A stretch of DNA of 64,000 bases from a virus (IMGVR_UViG_3300033463_000001:1-64000), one strand, 5' to 3'. Positions 32,362-41,088 are shown, counted from the first letter of the stretch. The notes: generated by a model from the letters alone, not told the origin. Numbers and translations are program-made.

Positions 32362-35300
32362 CGGTTATGTTTAACTTTCTGAGGTCAATCCCATCCACAC
32401 TACCGTTCTCTACGGCGCGCCGGGCTTGCTTACTTAGATAGTGTTGTTTCTTCGTCCTACCGTGTTTACTTGGGCAGTAGATGCGTTCCTCTAGTGTATA
32501 ACTCTCACTGGGTACGGCGTATATATTTGTTCGTTTGGACTTTTTCATAGCGTATGAACTTTACTTATGTAGCATGTAACAGATTCGTCGTTATTGAACA
32601 ATCTTTTCTCAATCTTATATACCAAGCCATCATTGAAGGTTGGTCTCACGTAGTCGCCGACGTTCGGTATAGTGCACAGGTTGTTTGTACTATAGATGAC
32701 ATTGCTACCGTTAACCGGTTCAATTCTCATGTCTTGTTTGTACAAGACAAAATCTATTCTTGTTTTCATTTGTTACTACATTTTTGTCCACCACATACTT
32801 TCGCCCGACGAAGTAACTCGTTTCGCATTTCTTCATGCATTTTACTCATAGCCGTCATGCCGTAAGTGTTTGCACCGTAGAATGAATGCATTTGCATTCT
32901 CAAAACCCACGAAGGAATTTTCGTTAAATCCACACCTTCTTCGAGGATTTGTTTCTCAAGCGCTTTAACGTCTTTTTCTTGTTTTGCCATTGTCTTAAAA
33001 ATTTAAAAATGGTGAAACACTAAATTGGTTACTATTATTATATTGGTAGTCGTAGTTAACGCACCAGAAGTTCTGACTTGGCCACGTACATTGATTCTCT
33101 AAAAGACCTTTTACTCTACCTTTGCGTAGGCTTTCCTGGTATTCTAAGAACTCATGTATGTAGTTTTGCGAGACATCGCCTTTCTTTTTGAATGCAAAGC
33201 ATCCGTATTTATTCCATGTTGCTACCGTTGGAATTATACCGGAATTGAACACATATGTATCATCTTCACACTTTGTATATCCGAAATAGTAGTAGTCATA
33301 GTCATCCGGATGTTCACTAAAGTATTGTTTGGCTCTACGACCAGCTTCTTCTACTAACTCTTCATATGATGCTGCTATGAAATTATCGTTCATACGTTGT
33401 TATTGTTCAACAATTTTGTATTTCCAATCATCCTCGTGCTCGGTGTAGTACGGCTGTTCATACTCAATACCGGTTGGACTGATACAGCTTAGCCTGAAAT
33501 ACAGGTGCCACAGACACGGGTATTCGGAGTTATAGTCAGATAACACTCTCCTGATGTGTGATATGTGCACCTCACCTTCCTTGAAATTCTTGAACAAGTC
33601 ACTGAAGGCAGGTATTGTCTTAGCACAGATATCTATGAATTTTGCGCATAGCACTTTCACAGTGGTAATGTCGTGTCGCACCGCATACACATCCTTTGCC
33701 TTTTTACCTAACTGTTTGTGGATATCCTCGCACTGATTATACAGTCGCTCGTATTTCTCAGCTTCCCGCTTAGAGTTGAATCGGGTGCCATCTGATGCTT
33801 CGTATATTTTTACTTCTCGTATCATATGCCTTCTTTTAGAATTAAGTTACCTTCTGAGTCAATTCCTGCGTAGCATTTTAGGCTGTGGCAGGATTCCTTC
33901 CAAGCATCGTGCTCGCTGTTCAACTTTGTTATCTGTTCTTCGGTTAGTTCACCATTCTTCTTCTTGATGGCCATATCCATGAAGTATTTCCATCTGTTCC
34001 TGTTTTGTCTATCGAGCTCTCGTGCTTTTCGAATGGCGTTGGTTAGTGATATTAAACGTTCTTGTATATTGCGCGTCTTCTCCTCAACCGGCATTGCGTC
34101 AACAACGTCCTGCGGTATATGTAAATCTTCTACCAGGCACTTATTCACTCCGATATTGAACATATCACTGTCAATACCGTCACTCATATCGTACCCGAAG
34201 TACTCCCAGCGCTCTACAATGAACAACTCAATTGCGTCACATGCCAGGCATACAATTGCCGAACTTACCTTTCCATCCTCGGAAAAATCAGTACGTGAAT
34301 ATTGTTCGCCGCGCCGTATTGTCTTGCCGCAATACATGCACTCATATTCCTTGCGTGCAAACGGCTTGCTTGTATTTATTAATGCTACTCCCATGTTTTA
34401 ATTTCCTTTAAAGAAAACAATTACGCGGTACGGAATCTCACAGTATGGTGTTGAGTAATACCGCACGATATCTTTTACTTCTCTGATTTCGTTATCCATG
34501 TCGCGCCACTTGCTGAAACGAATATTGAAATCCGACAATCCAATCGTTCCGTAGCGCCCGCACTCAGCAAAGTCATCCTTCACAGCCTGCATCAGCGAGA
34601 CATTGTACCAATAGAATGTTCGGCCTTTGTGCAGCAGGACTTCCTCTTTATTGAGAATCTTCTCTCTCAACTCCTTAGACAACTCATACTCATCCACTTC
34701 ATCCAGGTCAGGGCACGCCTTCTTCATTGTTGCAGAACACTCGTAGGCGTACTTCCCACCAATCTCAGCCAGTTTCCATCGTTGTTCTTCACTGTCGTAT
34801 ACTTCGACAATCTTGTATAGTTTTACTTCCATGATGTCAGTTATTCTTCTTTGGTTTGAAGACGAAATATGCATCAAAGGGTTCATCGCCGTACGATGGC
34901 TTCTCGTACTCAACATCCCAACCCTGTTCGCTATATGTATTTTCAATATCCAACCAGTGTTTCTTAAACACCTCTCCACGCGTTGGCATGCCGTCGTCCG
35001 GGTCGCTACTGCATATCCTTGCGAGAATCTCATCTTGCTTGATATGCGATTGTGTGCCATCCCACTTCTCTTGAATGAGTTTATTCACTGCCTCGATAAC
35101 AAAATCGGGGATAATCAGTTTAACGTCACAGGGACGAATAGGTGTTACCATATATTATTCTTTATTAACAAGTAATTTGGTTAGTCCACTTTGTTTGAGT
35201 CGACCTATCTTAACCAATTCACGTTCCTTTCTCAACACCTCTGCAATCTTCTTGCAATCCAAAGGCTGGAACGGGCGCTTTCCTGCATCTACATACAATG

Positions 35301-35469
35301 CTTTGTAATCAAAATCTTTCATACGTCAATCCGTGCGTTTTTCAATTTCGGTTGCAAAGATATGTAAAATTTTCCATATATGCAAATCCTTTGGCGTTTT
35401 TATCAACACAATCACCCAATTTGTGCATTTTGCCACACAGGACATTCACCTTTGCTAATATAGTCCCAA

Positions 35470-36430
35470 CGAAGCGAATTGTGTCACACCTGGACTAAAA
35501 AAATATGAAATGTTCACCCATCATACACCGTTCCACGCAACCGAACACCACAACAACACCGAACACCTTAATGGAAAAAATTCCTGTGTAACACTACCCT
35601 TACTCTAAAAAATTCCGTGACACCTGGACTCAAATACCCCAGACATAGAAAATATTCCTTCCCAAATCCACCACAGCCAACACTGATTTGGGAAACTATA
35701 ACCACTACACAATACCGATACCTATCCACCATCCAACATACACACACCATACTTAGACAATTCCAGTAACTACCTGCACAACACATACCACTACACAACA
35801 GATAACGTGGATACTCCAGTGCAATGAGGTCTGAACACTAGAATACGGAAGACGACAATACTGTAGACTAGAACATAGCAAACTAGAACACAGTAGACTA
35901 GAATACGGCTGCGTAGCGGGCTGTGATGGCGCAGCGTAAGAGACGTAACGTAGTGAACGTGGCGTAGTGAATAGAATGTATTGTGAAGAAACGCAATATG
36001 CAGAAATACTACTATGGAATTTGTTTGGGTGTGGTATAGTGATTAGCGATAAGGACACAGCGTAATACTACTACGTGGACGGACGAAAATACAGCCGTGG
36101 AAATACTGCTGTAAAAATGGACTTGGAGGCGCCCGTAAAACAGTGAAAATCAGCCAAAATATTGTTCGCCGAGAATTTTTTCCAATTTTTTCCAAAATTT
36201 TCAAAAAATTTTCCCCACTTTTTAAGTCACCTAATGGGACCACCCTTTTGTTGACATTTTGTCACAAAAACACCGGATTTTCGTGCAAAGTGTAAGTTTT
36301 GCCTATAGGGAAATTTTGAAAAATCTGGCATTTTGTCACATTTCTTGGTTTTGGCATGGAAATTAACCCAACGGACGTCTCCTGGCCTATAGAGACAAAA
36401 AAAATGGGAGATGTTCTCTCCCATTCATAA
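35470..36430. other. Long non-coding region with strand-composition switch and short repeats
   Basis: C/A-rich 35500-35810, then G/A-rich; ACTAGAA x4; CACCTGGACT x2; A/T tracts. Confidence 0.7.
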
Positions 36431-36441
36431 TCTCTGTGTTA

Positions 36442-36807
36442 TTAGTCCGGTTCGTTCATGAAGTAACCCTTACCGGTCTTCTGGTAGTTTTGGTATCTCA
36501 AGTTCATTGGGGTTCCAGTAGCGAAGCCTCCGTAGTTGGGGCGTGAGTTCTTAGTTGTCTGGATTGCCTGTTTGATTCGTTGTAGCACGTCCTGTGGTAT
36601 TTCATTCTGTGGAACCTTAGCCACATTGAGTATTTCCTTTGCGTGTTTGATAATCCATTGAGAGCTTGTTTCGTGACGGATGTTATCGTAGAGGTTATTG
36701 ATAGTGTACTCGTTATGGCCTCCTTGGTATTTGCGGTAGGTATCGATTTCGTTGACTACCTTACTGATGCTTTCGTCGATGATGGTGTTAAGTTTATCTT
36801 CTGTCAT
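36442..36807 (-). CDS. Hypothetical protein with N-terminal LxxIIxES helix (late class)
   Basis: ATG 36807 after TATTTAT (36831-36837); MTEDKLNTIIDESISKVVNE. Confidence 0.75.
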   Translation of the reverse strand: MTEDKLNTIIDESISKVVNEIDTYRKYQGGHNEYTINNLYDNIRHETSSQWIIKHAKEILNVAKVPQNEIPQDVLQRIKQAIQTTKNSRPNYGGFATGTPMNLRYQNYQKTGKGYFMNEPD

Positions 36808-36955
36808 AGTTGTGTTATGTGTATCTAGTAATAAATACTCTGTATGGTAGGATTGTGCATATAAAGAGAAAAAGAACACCCGTGCTTCACAGCATGAGAT
36901 GTTCAATGAAAATTAAAAAATACAAAACACTAAATGCCTTTCGACAAGTTTGATA

Positions 36956-37032
36956 TGGTCGGGATAGCGGGATTCGAACCCACGTGCTCTTGATTCCAAT
37001 TCAAGCGAGATAAACCACTCCTCTACATCCCG
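36956..37032 (-). tRNA. tRNA-Pro(TGG), CCA encoded
   Basis: Cloverleaf; CTTGA-ATTGGAA-TCAAG. Confidence 0.9.
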
Positions 37033-37097
37033 TTGATACTGATAATATCATTTCTTTTTTGTTGCGGAACGAGCCGCTACTCGTTTCGCTTCTTGTG

Positions 37098-37171
37098 CGG
37101 TTCGGGCAAGACTTGAACTTGCGACCCTCTGCTTAACAGGCAGACGCTCTAACCAACTGAGCTACCGAACC
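37098..37171 (-). tRNA. tRNA-Asn(GTT)
   Basis: TCTGC-CTGTTAA-GCAGA. Confidence 0.95.
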
Positions 37172-37176
37172 GAATG

Positions 37177-37250
37177 TACCCCGAATGGGATTCGAACCCA
37201 CACTGTCAGGATTCTAAGTCCTGTGCCTCTACCAATTGGACTACCGAGGT
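37177..37250 (-). tRNA. tRNA-Leu(TAG), short variable loop
   Basis: CAGGA-CTTAGAA-TCCTG. Confidence 0.9.
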
Positions 37251-37265
37251 GTTGAGAGCAGGTTG

Positions 37266-37676
37266 TTACGCCTGCTTTACCTCAATGGTCGGATTCCTTT
37301 CCTCAGGTTTGAACGTGGCGAATTGCCAGTCGATAACCCTCTGGATGAATCTGTCTACAGTGCTATCTGACAGTTCTCCGTCGCACAGGTCATTGCCGCG
37401 AGTCCAGTCCTCGAAGGGTCGCTCACAGCGATTATTCACGCCCGCGATTAAGTTCCAATACTGAGTGCCGTCTTGCCTGTAGACGAGTCCCATAACCGCA
37501 GAGAAACGATATCTGTCATTGGCTTCAATGTACATGCGGTATAAACATTCGTCCTCGGTGCTTTTCTCTAAGTAGACTTTCCCGGCGAAGTAATAAGCAA
37601 AGCGTTTGAGTTCCGGATGTTCCAGTACGAAAGCAGTCCAATCTGCTTGTTCAAATCCATCGTGGTTGTTAAACAT
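37266..37676 (-). CDS. Hypothetical protein
   Basis: 136-aa ORF filling the gap between tRNAs. Confidence 0.7.
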   Translation of the reverse strand: MFNNHDGFEQADWTAFVLEHPELKRFAYYFAGKVYLEKSTEDECLYRMYIEANDRYRFSAVMGLVYRQDGTQYWNLIAGVNNRCERPFEDWTRGNDLCDGELSDSTVDRFIQRVIDWQFATFKPEERNPTIEVKQA

Positions 37677-37709
37677 ATCTGTTGTTGTTTGTTAGCGTGT
37701 GTATTCCGG

Positions 37710-37783
37710 AGACAACGGCCAGATTCGGACTGGCGAATACTAGTTTTGCAGACTAGCCCCTTAGACCACTTGGGTACGTTGTC
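37710..37783 (-). tRNA. tRNA-Cys(GCA)
   Basis: CTAGT-CTGCAAA-ACTAG; U73; variant T-loop TCCGAAT. Confidence 0.9.
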
Positions 37784-37845
37784 AGCTCTATAAATTTCAT
37801 TTTTTTTCTTGTTGCGGAACGAACCGCTATTCGTTTCGCTTTTTC

Positions 37846-37973
37846 GTGGCAGCGTAGCAAGGATTGGTTATGACGCCTACCAATCAGCTGTTACTCGTCT
37901 ATATGCGAATTCCGCAATCGTTGATGTTATCTCAGCGGCGTGCGCCAGTGACGTAGACTTTCACATGCTCCAC
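37846..37973 (-). ncRNA. Candidate 128-nt structured RNA
   Basis: Closing GTGG-AGC/GCT-G-CCAC; GTCTA/TAGAC, TGCG/CGCA and GATTGGT/ACCAATC helices. Confidence 0.45.
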
Positions 37974-37979
37974 TCTGTG

Positions 37980-38053
37980 TACCCCGAATTGGATTCGAAC
38001 CAACACTGTATACGCTCTGAACGTATTGCCTCTTCCAGTTGGACTACCGGGGC
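37980..38053 (-). tRNA. tRNA-Leu(CAG), short variable loop
   Basis: ATACG-TTCAGAG-CGTAT. Confidence 0.9.
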
Positions 38054-38074
38054 ATTGTTGCTTACTCAGCATTG

Positions 38075-38148
38075 TACCCCTGGAAGGATTCGAACCTTCA
38101 CTGGCCAGATTTTGAATCTGGTGCCTCTACCGATTGGACTACAGGGGC
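38075..38148 (-). tRNA. tRNA-Leu(CAA), short variable loop
   Basis: CCAGA-TTCAAAA-TCTGG. Confidence 0.9.
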
Positions 38149-38156
38149 ATTTTGTG

Positions 38157-38230
38157 TACCCCGCCTGGGATTCGAACCCAGACTGAACAGGGTTTAAGCC
38201 TGATACCTCTACCTATTGGGTTAGCGGGGT
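38157..38230 (-). tRNA. tRNA-Leu(TAA), short variable loop
   Basis: CAGG-CTTAAAC-CCTG. Confidence 0.88.
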
Positions 38231-38317
38231 GTGTTACAGCACCTCGCATAATCGATTGCACACAGAAAGCTCTGCTGTGGCAACCGTCCTAATATGGTAG
38301 AATTTATATTCCATCGA

Positions 38318-38983
38318 TTATATTAAATTCGTTTCTAGGTATTTGTTTTCTTCTTCATATCCACCCGCGATGAGTATGTCCGTTACCTCTATATCATCCA
38401 GGCCTTGTGTGTGACTAACGCCATCTCTATTGTCCAGGTACCACACCTCTTTGAAGTAACATGCCAGCACCGGTATAATGGGAATCATCTGTGAGTCCCC
38501 GGAGATAACTAGTGTGCGGCCGTTATGTACTCCATTATTGATAATCCTGCTACACTTATGAGGGAATGCGTAGAGGTTATGGTATTGTGTCAATGATTCA
38601 TCTTTGTTCTTCCCATTCCTGATAAAGTCAAAGGACATGTTGCGGAAAAACATATCGTCTGTCAGGTTATACACATCAAACCGTCGTCTTTTGTTTGGTT
38701 CTAGGTAAGATACATCATGTCCTTCGTGGCGCCTCTCGACCAGCTTGAAATCATTAACATTATAACCAAAGTGCAAGAGCTTTTCAATAGTCGGCAACAC
38801 ATAATCGATGTGGTAAAACGGCTTGAAGTGATGCTCGTTGAGTGCATACGTCTTATACATCGAGTTCCTGACAATGGGAAGCTTGGTTGCGTCCGGTGGG
38901 AATAAGTCACAGTTGCGAATCTTATTCTTGCTTGGATAAACGATGTATTTCGTTATGTCGCGGTGTTTGGTTATGTCGTACAT
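38318..38983 (-). CDS. Hypothetical protein, C-terminus DHHW/AlgJ(SGNH)-like
   Basis: TLVISGDSQ..P..P.L..YF.EV..LD.R; TATTTAT at 39005-39011. Confidence 0.5.
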   Translation of the reverse strand: MYDITKHRDITKYIVYPSKNKIRNCDLFPPDATKLPIVRNSMYKTYALNEHHFKPFYHIDYVLPTIEKLLHFGYNVNDFKLVERRHEGHDVSYLEPNKRRRFDVYNLTDDMFFRNMSFDFIRNGKNKDESLTQYHNLYAFPHKCSRIINNGVHNGRTLVISGDSQMIPIIPVLACYFKEVWYLDNRDGVSHTQGLDDIEVTDILIAGGYEEENKYLETNLI

Positions 38984-39030
38984 AGTGTGTGTTTTACTTC
39001 TACAATAAATAGAGATTCAACACAATTCTT

Positions 39031-39106
39031 TGGTAGTCAAAACGGGATTCGAACCCGTGTTTCCTCCGTGAAAGAGAGATGTCCTAGGCCACTAGACGAT
39101 ATGACT
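39031..39106 (-). tRNA. tRNA-Glu(TTC), CCA encoded
   Basis: Anticodon loop CTTTCAC; canonical D and T arms. Confidence 0.9.
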
Positions 39107-39110
39107 GTTG

Positions 39111-39182
39111 CGGACCGGGATGGAATTGAACCACCGACGCGAGGCTCTTCAGGCCTCCGCTCTACCACTGAGCTACCAGTCC
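39111..39182 (-). tRNA. tRNA-Phe(GAA)
   Basis: GAGGC-CTGAAGA-GCCTC. Confidence 0.92.
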
Positions 39183-39185
39183 AAA

Positions 39186-39261
39186 TAGTCCCGTGTGGGC
39201 TTTCACCACAGACCTCCGCCTTATCGGTGCGGCGCTCTATTTTACTCTGAGCTACGAGACT
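39186..39261 (-). tRNA. Atypical tRNA-Ile(GAT)
   Basis: Four stems present; loop CCGATAA; D-loop lacks GG; T-loop TGAAAGC. Confidence 0.7.
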
Positions 39262-39856
39262 ATTGTATTGATTGTGCTGCGGCTCTCCTGGATTTATACC
39301 ATTGATATAGCACATAGCACATTGCGCAAATGAACATCACATATAGACCATCACCGACAGGAGTTGGGTTTTCTGGGTAAACAGTAACAGCACCACTTCC
39401 TGGTTTCTTACCATCTAACGTCCACCAATGATACCATAATCCCAGATAAGTGTTCCATCTGTCCCAAGTATTACCACCGTCGTTTGTACGCCACCAATAG
39501 GTTCCGTCCCACCTATATTCGTACCCATCTTCCCACATCCCGTTTGTCGGATTGCCTTGCGTGGAGTTGCCGGTGTCGTATTCGCTGCCATCTCCCCCAT
39601 ACACTACAACCCGTCTGGACTGCGGCCTTCCACCTCCTGAACCTTGGCCTTGACCATTATCCTGGGGTGTCCCACCGTTGCGCCCGGAACCGTTCATGTA
39701 GTACTGCCGTGATGTCTGACCATACCCATCCATTGTGTGGCCGTATCTATATGTATTCTGTTCTGGTATGCGTTGTTGTTGGTTGTGGATGGGAGTATAG
39801 GATGGAAGTAAAAGTGCCACCAACAACAGGAAAAGTATTTTGTATATTTGTTTCAT
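39260..39856 (-). CDS. Secreted protein with C-terminal PVGDG-TM-basic sorting-like tail
   Basis: N-terminal hydrophobic signal; G/Q-rich linker; W-rich domain; PTPVGDGLYVMFICAMCYVLYQWYKSRR. Confidence 0.7.
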   Translation of the reverse strand: MKQIYKILFLLLVALLLPSYTPIHNQQQRIPEQNTYRYGHTMDGYGQTSRQYYMNGSGRNGGTPQDNGQGQGSGGGRPQSRRVVVYGGDGSEYDTGNSTQGNPTNGMWEDGYEYRWDGTYWWRTNDGGNTWDRWNTYLGLWYHWWTLDGKKPGSGAVTVYPENPTPVGDGLYVMFICAMCYVLYQWYKSRRAAAQSIQ

Positions 39857-39860
39857 AATG

Positions 39861-39947
39861 CGGAGGCGGTAGGATTCGAACCTACGGAGCCTTTTACAGC
39901 TCGCCGGTTTAGCATACCGGTGGTTTCAACCACTCACCCACGCCTCC
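39861..39947 (-). tRNA. tRNA-Ser(GCT)
   Basis: CCGGT-ATGCTAA-ACCGG; long variable arm. Confidence 0.95.
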
Positions 39948-39978
39948 TCGTTAGGAGTGCATCCTCATTATAAATATG

Positions 39979-40063
39979 CGGAAGGAGAGGGATTCGAACC
40001 CCCGGACCTTTGCAGGCCTCCGGTTTTCAAGACCGGCGCGATAGACCACTCCGCCATCCTTCC
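39979..40063 (-). tRNA. tRNA-Ser(TGA)
   Basis: CCGGT-CTTGAAA-ACCGG; long variable arm. Confidence 0.95.
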
Positions 40064-40071
40064 AATATGTG

Positions 40072-40145
40072 TACCCCCTGTCAGATTCGAACTGACACTG
40101 TATAGGTTCTTAGCCTATTGCCTCTACCGATTGGACTAAAGGGGT
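40072..40145 (-). tRNA. tRNA-Leu(AAG), short variable loop
   Basis: ATAGG-CTAAGAA-CCTAT. Confidence 0.9.
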
Positions 40146-40182
40146 GTGTACAGCACTTTCTGATACGTAATCTCCAGCTGTC

Positions 40183-40259
40183 TGGCGGCCACAACGGGAC
40201 TCGAACCCGTAACCCCCGGCGTGACAGGCCGGAATTCTAGCCAGTTGAACTATGTGACC
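40183..40259 (-). tRNA. tRNA-Asp(GTC), CCA encoded
   Basis: CCGGC-CTGTCAC-GCCGG. Confidence 0.95.
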
Positions 40260-40265
40260 AATTTG

Positions 40266-40361
40266 TGGGAGGAGAGAGACTCGAACTCCCCTACTGCTAG
40301 AGTCCACTACGACGATTTGATGAAGCAGACGAGTTTTACAGACTCGTGCCGTTATCCTCCC
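40266..40361 (-). tRNA. tRNA-Tyr(GTA)-like RNA lacking a D-stem, with expanded variable arm
   Basis: GGGAGGA/TCCTCCC acceptor; CGAGT-CTGTAAA-ACTCG; T-arm GGGAG-TTCGAGT-CTCTC. Confidence 0.75.
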
Positions 40362-40633
40362 AAAATATCTATTATGTCAGCGTGCTCAGGATGGTGCTTC
40401 AGGTAAGCCTCAGCAAGCGATTTGTCGATGTAGTATCTTTTAAAGAAGTCCGGTGCTGCGGCTTCCCATTCCTCTTTATGCGATGTGACGTTACCCTCAA
40501 AAGGCTCCGGCTCATGCTTCTTACAATCCTCAATTGCATCAGGGAGAGTTACCTGCCACACAGTTGGATGTAGGCATACAGGGTCGCCATCCCATACATT
40601 AAAGAACTTACACTCTAAGCATCTTGTTTCCAT
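40352..40633 (-). CDS. Hypothetical Cys-containing protein
   Basis: ATG 40633 downstream of tRNA-Trp; CxxC...C...C. Confidence 0.65.
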   Translation of the reverse strand: METRCLECKFFNVWDGDPVCLHPTVWQVTLPDAIEDCKKHEPEPFEGNVTSHKEEWEAAAPDFFKRYYIDKSLAEAYLKHHPEHADIIDILGG

Positions 40634-40650
40634 TGTACGCTGTATTTTTG

Positions 40651-40723
40651 CAGGAGTGGTAGGGCTCGAACCCACGACCAACGGTTTTGGAGACCGCTAC
40701 TCTACCAACTGAGCTACACTCCT
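40651..40723 (-). tRNA. tRNA-Trp(CCA)
   Basis: GCGGT-CTCCAAA-ACCGT. Confidence 0.95.
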
Positions 40724-40727
40724 GTGT

Positions 40728-41015
40728 AATATAAAATAAGGGTGTGCTGTTACGCCAAAGCCCTCCCGTAAGTCCTACCAGAAGTGGGTTCATAACCCCG
40801 CCGTACTGCCAACGTACCATTCTCTTGAGGGTGGACTGATTACCCCATTATGGACGGCAGACCATTGAATTACCAATGTCATGTTGTGGATGTCTCCCTT
40901 ACAGTCAATAACACTCTGGGCTATTAACTCCCAGTTGCCTAAGGCTCATAGGGCACTTTCTGCACACTCCTTAGAAGATGGCTGCTTCCAGGCCAACTTT
41001 CCCTTATTTTATATT
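40728..41015 (-). ncRNA. Structured RNA containing a split copy of the 23S rRNA uL11-binding domain (H43-H44)
   Basis: Perfect 15-bp terminal stem; GTTGGCCTGGAAGCAGCCATCTTCTAAGGAGT ... GCGTAACAGCACAC. Confidence 0.8.
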
Positions 41016-41017
41016 TG

Positions 41018-41088
41018 TTGCCCCACTCCGATTCGAACGGGGATTCCATGAACCAAAATCATGTGTCCTGCCATTGGACGATAGGGCA
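41018..41088 (-). tRNA. tRNA-Gln(TTG)
   Basis: CATGA-TTTTGGT-TCATG; U1-A72. Confidence 0.9.

Larger units (their letters stand above)
20126..35151 (-). other. Dense array of small co-oriented hypothetical ORFs with paralog families
   Basis: Roughly 40 abutting or overlapping minus-strand ORFs, mostly 60-260 aa. Confidence 0.85.

Noticed and set aside
40756-40965. Group I intron as the 210-nt insertion
   Set aside because: The boundaries (U before, G at the end) and a GACTG/CAGTC pair are suggestive, but too little sequence is available for P4-P6 and the insert ends pair as a simple closing stem. Left as a testable alternative, not called.
40728-41015. Host rRNA contamination or a chimeric assembly
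   Set aside because: Only about 55 nt resemble 23S rRNA, they are split in two, differ by compensatory changes, and sit inside a phage-specific 15-bp stem between phage tRNAs.
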